Positions 1-9,216 of a stretch of DNA of 64,000 nt are shown here, piece after piece. This DNA is from Nitrosopumilus sp. (GTDB lineage Archaea; Thermoproteota; Nitrososphaeria; Nitrososphaerales; Nitrosopumilaceae), in NCBI GenBank assembly GCA_965238275.1, contig OZ250186.1:1472001-1536000 (forward strand), given 5' to 3'. Below the pieces are notes generated by a model. The model made no database searches. It saw nothing but the letters and a program-made list of their open reading frames with translations, and was not told the origin of the DNA. The position numbers and the translations under genes are program-made. Every line of letters starts with the position of its first letter. Positions within the stretch are counted from its first letter, which is position 1.

Positions 1-167
1 CAAGTTTTAACGATACGAACTGAATCGGGAAACTATCAATGAAAATTTATATAATAGACATAATCCGTAATAGGCAGTTTTGGGTCATTTCGTGCCTAGC
101 ATCTATTCCCACTTTGTGCCTAACGACTAATTACGGATTACGTCTAATGTGTCTGATACATGATGGT

Positions 168-311
168 ATGGCATTACGGTATGTGAGAAGCTTGAACGCT
201 AAGGACTGGAAAAATGTTGTAGAGACACTTGAGCGTGGACCGACTGAAGAACAAAAAAAGATTATGAGAATTGCTATAAAAGAAGCTAGCAAGATGAAAG
301 TAACCAAATAG
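168..311 (+). CDS. Putative short antitoxin (resembles C-terminal half of DUF1778/TacA)
   Basis: ATG at 168 inside ORF 39..311 gives 47 aa MALRYVRSLNAKDWKNVVETLERGPTEEQKKIMRIA...; the stop lies 2 nt before the ATG of a GNAT toxin-like gene. Confidence 0.5.
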   Translation: MALRYVRSLNAKDWKNVVETLERGPTEEQKKIMRIAIKEASKMKVTK

Positions 312-420
312 CCATGTTACGTCAACCCATTGATTTTCACGATGTCAAGATTAAAAGATTCAGAACCAACATAAGTGGCATACGTAATTTTGAATGTGCA
401 AATGCAGAGATGACACACTA

Positions 421-2100
421 GATCTCATGCAGAATGTGCCTGATTTAAAAAACTGAATTAAATTGGGTTATTCCCACGTGCGGCACCACATGCGGCCGAA
501 TATCCACAGAATCGTAAAGCATGCCAATCCAAGAAGGATAACCGAAACGTTAAGATCGGTGATTTTTACGCCACACCGTGATGGCAATGCTAGTTGATCC
601 AACGGTGCAGAGATTACGGCAGGAAAACGAGGCGCTCAGGGAGTCGGATGAATCCTGCCGGCAGAGGATCAGGGCCCTCAGGGAAGCACGCAGGACAGAC
701 CGACAGAAGTGCGAGGCGCTCAAGGAACGCCTGACTGATCACTGGACCGTCACGTCGAGGGTTCTCGACGACATCATAAAATATCCGGAATTCCTGCACG
801 CCATGACGCTGCGCACCCCGGAAAAGTTTGGCCACACGCTGAACCGCCTCGAGGAGCTTTTGGAGCGGAACGGGGAGACTGCGCTCTTCCGGGAAATCGA
901 GAACAGATCGAAAAACTCCGGGAGCAGGCGCATCCTGCCCCTGAGGCACGCGTACCTGCTGTGGCTGTTTCGGACAAGGCTGAGCATACCGCAGGAAGCC
1001 CTTGCCGCGATGTTTGGCGTCGACCAGGCCACCGTCTCCAGGTATCTCCCGTTGATGACCAGGCTGCTAGGCGAGACAGGCACGGCGCCGCGCAAAATCA
1101 GCGAGGCTGTACAAAAGGCCAAGACACTCGAGGAGAGCAAGAAGATAATACCCGGCAGGAGGGGAGGAGAACTGATGGTGGACGGCACGCACAACCGGGT
1201 CAGAAGGTCCGCGGACATGGAGAGACGCAAAAAGACGTACTCTGGCAAGAAGAAGGCGCACACGTACAATACCAACATCGTGATCAACAAGCGCCGCGTG
1301 ATAGTGGCGATAAGCAAGACCGTTCCGGGCAGCGTCCACGACAAGACCCTGCTCAACGAGGATCCGCCAAACCTTGGAATCATTACGGCAAGGATGGGCC
1401 AGAAGGACGTGCCCGAAAAAGAAAAGCCTGACGTCCTGATGGACAAGGGCTACCAAGGGACAAGAGAGGAATATCCCGGATGGCACATCAGGCACCCGCA
1501 CAAGAAAAAGCGTGGAGCCGACAAAAAGACCGGCGGCCTGACAAAGAAGCAGCGCGCCTACAACAAGAGGGTAAACAGCTCCCGTGTGGCCATAGAGCAC
1601 GTTATCGGAAGCCTGAAACAGTACAAGAGGCTGACTGACCCGTACGACGGCACCGAGGAGGAGTACAACGACGAGCTCAACGCGATTGCGGGAATGGTAA
1701 ACCAGGATCTGATGTGGGACGAAATAAAACTCAGGGACGCGGACCTTCTCAAAAGGCTGGCCGAAAAAAGGGCGCGCCTCTGAGACAGGGCGGCACGAGC
1801 CGCCTGACGGAGTGAAAGGCAGGTGGCATCAGGCAGTGCAGGAATGTCGCGCACGGCATCCAATATTTGTGCAAATTCCCCCACCATTCCCCATGAAACA
1901 ACCTGCCGCCCCGGGGACGGATGCCGCACATCCACAGGACGTGCCTTATTTTCCAATACTGGAAACTGGATTTTTCACATGGACGTGCAAGACAAATTTG
2001 TAAAATATACGGCAGACGAGATTTTCAAATATGGCCACGGCTAGCGCAGTTCTGACATGATTTTATGATTTGCCACGTCAGGCACATTCTGCATAGGATC
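421..2100 (+). mobile_element. Complete IS5-family (ISL2-like) insertion sequence, 1680 bp
   Basis: 23-bp terminal inverted repeats 421-443 and 2078-2100 (21/23 identical), TA on both flanks, single transposase ORF. Confidence 0.93.
578..1783 (+). CDS. IS5-family DDE transposase (HTH_Tnp_4 + DDE_Tnp_4 type)
   Basis: HTH QEALAAMFGVDQATVSRY; motifs VDGT, YSGKKKAH, GSVHD, DKGYQG, RVAIEHVIGSLK. Confidence 0.93.
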   Translation: MMAMLVDPTVQRLRQENEALRESDESCRQRIRALREARRTDRQKCEALKERLTDHWTVTSRVLDDIIKYPEFLHAMTLRTPEKFGHTLNRLEELLERNGETALFREIENRSKNSGSRRILPLRHAYLLWLFRTRLSIPQEALAAMFGVDQATVSRYLPLMTRLLGETGTAPRKISEAVQKAKTLEESKKIIPGRRGGELMVDGTHNRVRRSADMERRKKTYSGKKKAHTYNTNIVINKRRVIVAISKTVPGSVHDKTLLNEDPPNLGIITARMGQKDVPEKEKPDVLMDKGYQGTREEYPGWHIRHPHKKKRGADKKTGGLTKKQRAYNKRVNSSRVAIEHVIGSLKQYKRLTDPYDGTEEEYNDELNAIAGMVNQDLMWDEIKLRDADLLKRLAEKRARL

Positions 2101-2645
2101 TACTATCTAAGAGATGGTGCCGATGATGATCAAAGAGACCAAAAAGGCCGAACGTGGGTTTTTTAGTATAAGAGAGGGGTAATTGGGTATATTACGATTG
2201 CAATGTCACACATGGATCCTATTGATATTTCCGAATACTCTAGCACGTTTAAGATTCCCGCATTGTTGGTTGGCTATCTTGCAGTTCATGAAATGTGGGA
2301 AGGATTAGGAGTGGGAAGGCATATGATGTATTGGGCAATGAGGAAAGCAAGAGACTATTCAAGATCAATAGGCTGTAGAACGGTAGTGGTATATCCATTA
2401 CCTGATGCCATAGCGTTTTATGAAAAAATAGGATTTACTCATGCGGAGATGGATTATAGTATGTTTTTTGACATCGGTAGGGATGTTGATATTACGGATG
2501 AAATTACATTTGACAATTTATAGAAATATTACCACAAACATTTACCGATCATGTTTTTTTGTTATGGGCGTCTTGCCAAAATTCCAGACCACATGCTTGG
2601 ATGAAGGCAAAGGGATTGGCGGCCATCTCTATTATTCGCTTGGAA

Positions 2646-2765
2646 GGCTCTGTTCAAATATGATGATCTGAGGGATTTGCCGTTCAAAAGTGAGATTTGT
2701 TGATCCTACCCAGAGCTTGCAGAATTAACTGTTCTAAAACGAGATCACCATATTTGCACAGAGCC
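2646..2765. mobile_element. MITE-like 120-bp element
   Basis: 24-bp inverted repeats 2646-2669 and 2742-2765 (22/24 identical) around a non-coding core. Confidence 0.7.
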
Positions 2766-2898
2766 TGTACCCCGATGCTTTCCAAGTAGAATCATACCCA
2801 GATAAGTTACCAGTGCACACCCATCGAAATTCATAAAAGATCTGAGCAGTCATATGGGATATGTTCGAGACCACCCGGATTGGAAAATTATAGGTACG

Positions 2899-3591
2899 AT
2901 GACGGACAATCGAGATCAAGGCGACGGACATGCAGGTGGCAGTAATTCAGGTCAGGCCACGGTGATATTTGATAGCAGTGCCCTTCTCTTCGTGGTATTG
3001 GACGGGATGGGACTCAGACAATGCTCCGGATTCGAAGTCACAAAGGTACGTGGATTCATGGAAGGAAAAAACTTGGCGGTAGTGGGCACTGTTCTCACAG
3101 AGATCACCAACGTCGTCCTCGCCAAGTGTAACACAGGTACGCTGGGTAAGGATTATCAGCTAAAATCACCAATCGAGATTATCAGAATGGTGAATGATGT
3201 TCTGCCGAAGGGATATGAAAAGATAGATGTCAGGAGAATGGATTACGAGAAACACTTGAAGGCAATGATATCTATGATGGACAGGATTGTGGAGATGCCG
3301 GATAGCAAGACGGCAAGGAGATGGCTAAGACTCAAAAGAACGATGCTGCGTGATAAATGTGCGAGAAAGGAAGGCGAGAAAGGAGACGTCTGGACACGAC
3401 GGAAACTTAGGTATCTGAGGAGAGAGGCAAAGAGAAACGACGCGAAGATGCTGGCCAAGGCGATGTGGTTATCTGATAAGAGGAAGGTTTACTTTGTATC
3501 GAATGACGGGGATCATCTCATATTCGATGAGTGGGCCGAAAACAGAACCGGGGGGAGGATTGAGATATGCAGGCCGTCTGTCCTTCCATGA
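2899..3591 (+). CDS. PIN-domain nuclease-like protein
   Basis: VIFDSSALL, VLTEI, NDAKMLAKA and FVSNDGDH match the PIN acidic active-site pattern; start could be 2854. Confidence 0.6.
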   Translation: MTDNRDQGDGHAGGSNSGQATVIFDSSALLFVVLDGMGLRQCSGFEVTKVRGFMEGKNLAVVGTVLTEITNVVLAKCNTGTLGKDYQLKSPIEIIRMVNDVLPKGYEKIDVRRMDYEKHLKAMISMMDRIVEMPDSKTARRWLRLKRTMLRDKCARKEGEKGDVWTRRKLRYLRREAKRNDAKMLAKAMWLSDKRKVYFVSNDGDHLIFDEWAENRTGGRIEICRPSVLP

Positions 3592-3720
3592 GAACATTCG
3601 GACGCGTGCTGCCTAACGGGTTCGGACCATACCAAACGGTAGTTAACACGGAGAATTACCAACGCTAAGTTAAGAGTGCGCCTCTGTATGTTTTATTAGT
3701 CACATCATTTCATGTCCCCC

Positions 3721-3855
3721 ATGGTAGTAGTGTGCTGTATCTGCAAGAAAAACCCCAGTACGCTGAAGATCCGCGATGGCAATCCCAAATACAGGGGAAA
3801 ACCGATATGCAAGGAGTGTCAGGGGTACCGAAAACTGTTGCGGGAAACAAAATAA
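3721..3855 (+). CDS. 44-aa zinc-finger microprotein (CxxC...CxxC)
   Basis: MVVVCCICKKNPSTLKIRDGNPKYRGKPICKECQGYRKLLRETK; translated by hand, below the ORF-track cutoff; AT-rich box ~25 nt upstream. Confidence 0.65.
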   Translation: MVVVCCICKKNPSTLKIRDGNPKYRGKPICKECQGYRKLLRETK

Positions 3856-3858
3856 CAT

Positions 3859-4095
3859 TCAGGATTTGTTCTTTTTGACCCATTCCTCATACATGCCGAT
3901 AAGATCATCGACATCCTTGCCGTCCTCTGCATACGTGACGATCACGCCAAACGCACCCTTGCTGTCATGGCCTCTTGCAAAATACCCCCAGTAGGCATCG
4001 GGCAGCTTGGCAAAATTCTTTCCGTCATGGGACACGCCTATGAGGTTGTTGCCTATTACCTCCAGAACCTTCTTCGCGCTTTCTTTTTCAATCAT
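3859..4095 (-). CDS. Small hypothetical protein
   Basis: MIEKESAKKV... globular composition, convergent with the 3721 ORF. Confidence 0.65.
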   Translation of the reverse strand: MIEKESAKKVLEVIGNNLIGVSHDGKNFAKLPDAYWGYFARGHDSKGAFGVIVTYAEDGKDVDDLIGMYEEWVKKNKS

Positions 4096-4611
4096 GGATT
4101 GGCATAATCCGGGTGGAATAAAAGTGAGTTGCATCTGCCAATCCACTGCCGGGTTATGACGCAAATCCCCGTGTTCGTATGCTGGTCATAATCCTGGCAC
4201 TATCAAACTAATTGTAAAACCCCACAATTATTTATCAACGCATGGCGTATCTGATTCAAAACGAACGTTGTATTGTCGCCGTGTCTGCGGTTTATGCCAT
4301 TGATTGGTTTTGGAATGACGGCTGCGTGTGAACAAAAAAAAAAAAAAAATCATAAATAACCACAATACAACATTTTTAGTAAATTCGAGATCTTTGACCA
4401 ACATGTTCTGGAATTCAAAATTGTGGCACGATGACGCCAGAATCCCCAGGGCATCTGCTGTTACAGTGCAAATGAGGATCATGTTTTGTAAATTATGGCT
4501 TGCCTGCGATTCGAGTGTCCGATGCAATCCGAATACCACCACTCCCGACATGAAAAATACCGGAAATAAACCACAAAGTTCAGATTTAAATATGGTTTTT
4601 GCATAATTCTT

Positions 4612-6585
4612 TTGTTGTATTATGTGTCTGGGCTGCTTGCGATGGCAGTCGGCGTACTTGCAATTTCTGCTGTTCTTCCGGTTGCCTTTGGACACGGAAT
4701 CGGAGGTGATCAGGCAGAACCCATCAGCTTTGAGGGCATGGAAGTAACGGTACGCACTGACATTACACCAGCTGATCTTACCATTGGAAGTATCGATGAT
4801 GTCAACCTGAAGATTAGGTTCTTTGATCTTTTGACGGACAATACGCTGGAGAAGGTGACGTACAGGGTGGAAATCTGGAAGAACGAACTGCTTGCGGGAA
4901 CTTCCTTTTATGATGATGACGGGATACTCTACGTGGAGGTTCGCCCAACTGCTGATTGCGATGATGTGGTTCTCTGGCGATGCACCATATACGGCGGCTC
5001 GGAGCACTCGCTATCCGTGGAAGCCCTGTACGTCCAGGGGCTGGAATGCAACGACGACAACCTAGATGCCTGTGCAAGGCCCACTATCACAGGACCGGTA
5101 TTTGACAGGGGCGGCCTGTACAACATCAAGATAGACATCACTGGTGCAACCAGTCCGAAGGCGCTGGTTGCAGAGAGATTAAGCTACGATACGTTTGTCA
5201 GCATCGCACAGGAACAGGACTTTTTAATCAGCACGGCACACGCACAGGAAGTTCCCGTAGTCGTCAAGACATACTATGACGATGTGAAAAACTTTGCATT
5301 TGATGCCTCTGACAACTCCATCACGTTTGACATGCCGTTTGACTGGAGTCCAGACTATGTGGATCTGGTTCCTGTGGTGCACGAGGAGATTCAGATCCCG
5401 TCAAGCTTTGCACCATATGCCAGCGGAACGCAGTTCACGGGATACGTCAACGGGATTGAGCTTGGCCAGAGGGCGCTGCTCAACGATCCATACACCACAG
5501 ACGACACAAACATCATTCATTTCCTGGTATCCCAGACCGAACTGCTAAAGATCAATGATGCCCTGGGTCCGGAACACCATGCCAACAAAAACATGAACTT
5601 TAGACTGGTTCCGTCAGACGGAGCCTCAAAGAACTTTGCAGAGTTTTATCTTGTGGATACGGTAAACTTCGAACCGACCCCGACTACCGTCCAACTTTCA
5701 TGGGACAGCACATACGGTGCAGGCCAGACGGTTCCGTTCGAGTTTGCGTTCTTTGATTCGGACAGGCAGCTTGTCCGGGATGTCTGGTACGCATATTCTG
5801 TATCTGATGAATCCGGGCAGGAACTCTCCTCGTCTGTTGCACGCGATCCTGACAACCCTGCAATCCTCTCCTCTGAGGGAATCGATGTACAGGATATTCA
5901 TGTCCCATCAGAGGGCCTGCTCAGGATTGACGTTTTGGTGGTGGGGGCCGGACTGGATTATGATGCCACCAACTCGGGAATCGGCTCTGCACGTGTAGAG
6001 GTGGGTTCAGGTCAGATATCTGCCCTTGCTGAGACCCCGCCCACGCCTCCGACTGATCTGCTGGAAACTCTGCCTCCGACTGATCTGCTGGAAACTCTGC
6101 CTCCGACTGATCTGCTGGAAACTCTGCCTCCGACTGATCTGCTGGAAACCACACCGCCGGATGATTCTACTGGAGAATCCAACGGAGGTGGCGGTGGCTG
6201 CCTGATTGCAACTGCCGCATACGGTTCGGAGATTGCACCGCAGGTACAGCAGTTGAGGGAGCTCAGGGACAATACGGTTCTGCCAACAGGGTCAGGCGCT
6301 GCATTCATGGCATTATTCAACCAGGTGTACTATTCGTTCTCTCCTGCAATAGCCGATCTGCAAAGAGAGCATCCAGTATTCAGGGAGGCAGTAAGGATAG
6401 CACTGACCCCGATGCTGGCATCCCTGTCCCTGCTGAATCATGCAGACATCGACTCTGAAGGGGAGATGCTAGGTTATGGAGTCTCCATAATACTGCTGAA
6501 TCTTGGAATGTATGTCGGATCTCCGGTGTTTGGGGCTGCTGCAATAATATGCAGAAATAGGCAAAAAAAGATCAAGAAATTCTAG
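4612..6585 (+). CDS. Secreted/surface protein with CFI-box-CTERM domain
   Basis: Signal peptide (...VAFGHG), acidic beta-rich body, C-terminal GGGCLIATAAYGSE...LRELRD domain, TM helix and basic tail. Confidence 0.88.
   Translation: MLYYVSGLLAMAVGVLAISAVLPVAFGHGIGGDQAEPISFEGMEVTVRTDITPADLTIGSIDDVNLKIRFFDLLTDNTLEKVTYRVEIWKNELLAGTSFYDDDGILYVEVRPTADCDDVVLWRCTIYGGSEHSLSVEALYVQGLECNDDNLDACARPTITGPVFDRGGLYNIKIDITGATSPKALVAERLSYDTFVSIAQEQDFLISTAHAQEVPVVVKTYYDDVKNFAFDASDNSITFDMPFDWSPDYVDLVPVVHEEIQIPSSFAPYASGTQFTGYVNGIELGQRALLNDPYTTDDTNIIHFLVSQTELLKINDALGPEHHANKNMNFRLVPSDGASKNFAEFYLVDTVNFEPTPTTVQLSWDSTYGAGQTVPFEFAFFDSDRQLVRDVWYAYSVSDESGQELSSSVARDPDNPAILSSEGIDVQDIHVPSEGLLRIDVLVVGAGLDYDATNSGIGSARVEVGSGQISALAETPPTPPTDLLETLPPTDLLETLPPTDLLETLPPTDLLETTPPDDSTGESNGGGGGCLIATAAYGSEIAPQVQQLRELRDNTVLPTGSGAAFMALFNQVYYSFSPAIADLQREHPVFREAVRIALTPMLASLSLLNHADIDSEGEMLGYGVSIILLNLGMYVGSPVFGAAAIICRNRQKKIKKF
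6046..6149 (+). repeat. 27-bp perfect tandem repeat x3.9 encoding (PPTDLLETL)n
   Basis: Unit CCTCCGACTGATCTGCTGGAAACTCTG. Confidence 0.95.
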
Positions 6586-6715
6586 TCACGGCAGCCGTTT
6601 CCTGTCTTGGATTTTTCCTGCTTTCTTGCCCATGTTGCGTCAGGGGATCGCGAGATCCATGATTTTCAGTCTGACTGGTTTAATTTTGCATGAATTTTTT
6701 TGCGTCACTCGGGAT

Positions 6716-6739
6716 GTGGTGGTGATGATGGTGATGATG
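6716..6739 (-). repeat. (CAY)8 triplet tract downstream of aspS
   Basis: Minus strand reads CATCATCACCATCATCACCACCAC. Confidence 0.85.
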
Positions 6740-6781
6740 ACTGTTGTGGACGATGCCTTGCCGGATACACACGACTGCACA

Positions 6782-8068
6782 TTACGGCCTGAGCCTGTCC
6801 GGATCCCTCGGATACAGCACGACCTCGCGGACGTTGTCCACCCCGATTATGGTGGCCATCAGCCTGTCCAGCCCCATCCCCCATCCGGAATGCGGCGGCA
6901 TCCCCCAGTCAAAGGCCTTGAGGTGGTCTGTAAACTGGGCCGGGTCAAGCCCCTGCTCCTTCAGCCTGCCCTTTAGCACCTCGGGATCGTGAAGCCTCGT
7001 GCCACCTGAGGACAGCTCCAGGTACCCGTACTGCAGGTCAAAGGAGCGGGAGACGGCGGCATCCTCGTCCTTCTCCATTATGTAAAACGGCTTGAGCCGT
7101 ATCGGCCAGTCCGTCAAAAAGAAGAACCCCGGATGGTTCTTTCCTATTATTCTCAGATGCGAATCCAGCAGGTCGTCTCCAAACTCCACCTTCTGATCCT
7201 CCCCGCGGAGCTCCTCGACGCACTGCCCGTACGTGATCCTCTCAAACGGGGATTTTGGGACGCTGATGGTATTCCCGATGGCCTCCTGCTCTGCCCTGCA
7301 GTTCTCTGATGCAGACTTGTACACTGCAGTCACCAGGCCCTCCAGCACGTCCATGACGTCGTCATAGTCCATGAATGCCGCCTCTATGTCTATGCTGGTA
7401 AACTCGCTCAGGTGCCTGCCCGTGTGGGAGTTTTCTGCACGGTAAAAGTTTGATATCTCAAATACCCTCTCCAGCCCTATGGTCATCTGCTCCTTGTACA
7501 GCTGCGGGCTTTGTGCCAGGTATGCCGTCTTTCCAAAGTATTCCAGCGAGAACAGGTTGGCGCCCCCCTCGCTTGCGCTGCCGATAATCTTGGGCGTCGT
7601 TATCTCTATGAATTTTTTTTGTGTCAGGATGCTGCGCAGGGACTGCAGCACGTGGTGTCTCATCTTGAATATTGACGCAGTCTTTTGGTTTCTCATGTCC
7701 AGGGCGCGATGGTTCAGCCTCGTGTCGATGTTGCTCTCCAGCCTGCCAATCGGGTCGACCGGAAGCGGATGGACGGCCCTTCCCAGCACCTCCACGGCAT
7801 CTGCATTAATCTCAAACGAATAGTCCCTGGCCCTTGTCTCCTGGACTGTTCCGCTTACCCTGACTGTGCTCTGCCTGCTGATCTCTCCCATGCCCTCGTT
7901 TGTCTCCCCCTTTACGATCACCTGGGATATTCCCGACACGTCCCGGAGCGTGATGAATGACATCTTGCCCATCCGTCTGAGATCCTCGACCCAGCCCCCG
8001 AGGACCACGCGCTCCCCGATCATCCCTGCGCCGATATCTGCTATGTCATGCGTCTTGACAAACGTCAT
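6782..8068 (-). CDS. aspS: Aspartyl-tRNA synthetase (archaeal type)
   Basis: OB-fold N-terminus, YLAQSPQLYK, YRAE, GMPPHSGWGMGLDR, YPRD. Confidence 0.96.
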   Translation of the reverse strand: MTFVKTHDIADIGAGMIGERVVLGGWVEDLRRMGKMSFITLRDVSGISQVIVKGETNEGMGEISRQSTVRVSGTVQETRARDYSFEINADAVEVLGRAVHPLPVDPIGRLESNIDTRLNHRALDMRNQKTASIFKMRHHVLQSLRSILTQKKFIEITTPKIIGSASEGGANLFSLEYFGKTAYLAQSPQLYKEQMTIGLERVFEISNFYRAENSHTGRHLSEFTSIDIEAAFMDYDDVMDVLEGLVTAVYKSASENCRAEQEAIGNTISVPKSPFERITYGQCVEELRGEDQKVEFGDDLLDSHLRIIGKNHPGFFFLTDWPIRLKPFYIMEKDEDAAVSRSFDLQYGYLELSSGGTRLHDPEVLKGRLKEQGLDPAQFTDHLKAFDWGMPPHSGWGMGLDRLMATIIGVDNVREVVLYPRDPDRLRP

Positions 8069-8210
8069 GGCCTGTCGTCCCCGAGGCGCCCCTGTACCGG
8101 GTACGCTGCAGACCATTCCGTGCACGCTAAATGTTCCAACCCAATCAGTCTCTGATGGTGCTGTTTATATCCCTTAATGAGGGCAAATGTTACAACTTGG
8201 ATCTGAGGAC

Positions 8211-9161
8211 ATGGCGCTGCTAGATGCCCGCGGACTCTGTGTGACGTATGCCACGTCCGGAGGCTCAGTGTATGCAGTGGACGATGCAGACTTTGATCTG
8301 CGTGACGGGGAGTCGATGGGGATCGCAGGCGAGAGCGCATGCGGAAAGAGCACGCTGGGCCTGTCGGTAATCCGGATGCTCTCGGGCGGAACGGTGCAGG
8401 GCAGGATAACCCTTGACGGACACTCGCTTCTGGACATGGAGGAGTCCGAGTTTGATTCCGAGTACAGGTGGAAGAAGATCTCCATGATGTTCCAGGGCGC
8501 AATGAACTCCCTGGATCCGGTCTTTACAATCCGGGATCAGTTCATAGAGATCCTGCAGCGGCACAGGTTTGAAGGCGACTTTGATGGCGCGATATCTGAC
8601 GCAGTCCGGTCCGTCCGCCTCGATCTGGCAGTTCTCCGCAAGTATCCGCACGAGCTTAGCGGCGGAATGAAGCAGCGCGTAGTCATTGCAATGGCCCTGC
8701 TGCTCAAGCCAGGCATAGTGATTGCCGACGAGCCTACCACCGCCTTGGACGTCCTGATCCAGGCCCAGATAGTCAACCTGCTAAAATCCCTAAAAAAACA
8801 GGGCGTCTCGTTCATACTCATTACGCATGATCTGGCAGTACTCTCCGAGATTGCAGACAAGGTTGCAGTGATGTACGGCGGACACATTGTGGAGTTTGGC
8901 ACCTCAGAGGAGGTCTACAAGAATCCAAGGCACCCGTACACGCAGGGGCTGCTGCAGTCAATTCCGAGGCTGAGAGGCGACAGGCCAAAATCAATCCCCG
9001 GAATACCCCCGAGCCTGCTTGATGCCCCCACCATGTGCAGGTTCATTGACAGGTGCCCCCTGGCAGTTGAAAAATGCAGGGAGGTTCCGCCAAAGTTCAA
9101 GACCAGTACCGGATACGTGCGCTGCTGGCTTGAAGAGAAGGACCCCGCTGCTGCAAAATAA
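8211..9161 (+). CDS. Oligopeptide/dipeptide ABC transporter ATP-binding protein
   Basis: GESACGKST, YPHELSGGMKQR, IADEPTTALD, HPYT. Confidence 0.93.
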   Translation: MALLDARGLCVTYATSGGSVYAVDDADFDLRDGESMGIAGESACGKSTLGLSVIRMLSGGTVQGRITLDGHSLLDMEESEFDSEYRWKKISMMFQGAMNSLDPVFTIRDQFIEILQRHRFEGDFDGAISDAVRSVRLDLAVLRKYPHELSGGMKQRVVIAMALLLKPGIVIADEPTTALDVLIQAQIVNLLKSLKKQGVSFILITHDLAVLSEIADKVAVMYGGHIVEFGTSEEVYKNPRHPYTQGLLQSIPRLRGDRPKSIPGIPPSLLDAPTMCRFIDRCPLAVEKCREVPPKFKTSTGYVRCWLEEKDPAAAK

Positions 9162-9216
9162 ATCCGCAGCCACGATGCCTGGCGCATGATGCCCATGGGA
9201 TGATCCTGCAGCAGGA

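Larger units (their letters stand above)
314..2523 (+). pseudogene. GNAT acetyltransferase toxin (TacT/AtaT-like), split by an IS and carrying an in-frame amber stop
   Basis: 314-418 encodes MLRQP...NFECANAEMTH; reading resumes in frame at 2101 (YYLRDGA...WVF*YKRGVIGYITIAMSH...PALLVGYLAVHEMWEGLGVGR...GCRTVVV...AIAFYEKIGF); TAG at 2164-2166. Confidence 0.8.

Noticed and set aside
2164-2166. In-frame TAG in the GNAT gene as pyrrolysine or other recoding
   Set aside because: No pyl genes in the window, many ordinary genes here end in TAG, and the gene is already broken by the IS.
4196-4209. GGCACTATCAAACT, and GGACTGTCAAGT at ~25635 and ~31478, as IS6-like ends
   Set aside because: No matching inverted partner or transposase found; too short to support a call.
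6046-6149. 27-bp repeats as a CRISPR array
   Set aside because: Head-to-tail copies without spacers, in frame within a CDS; no cas genes.
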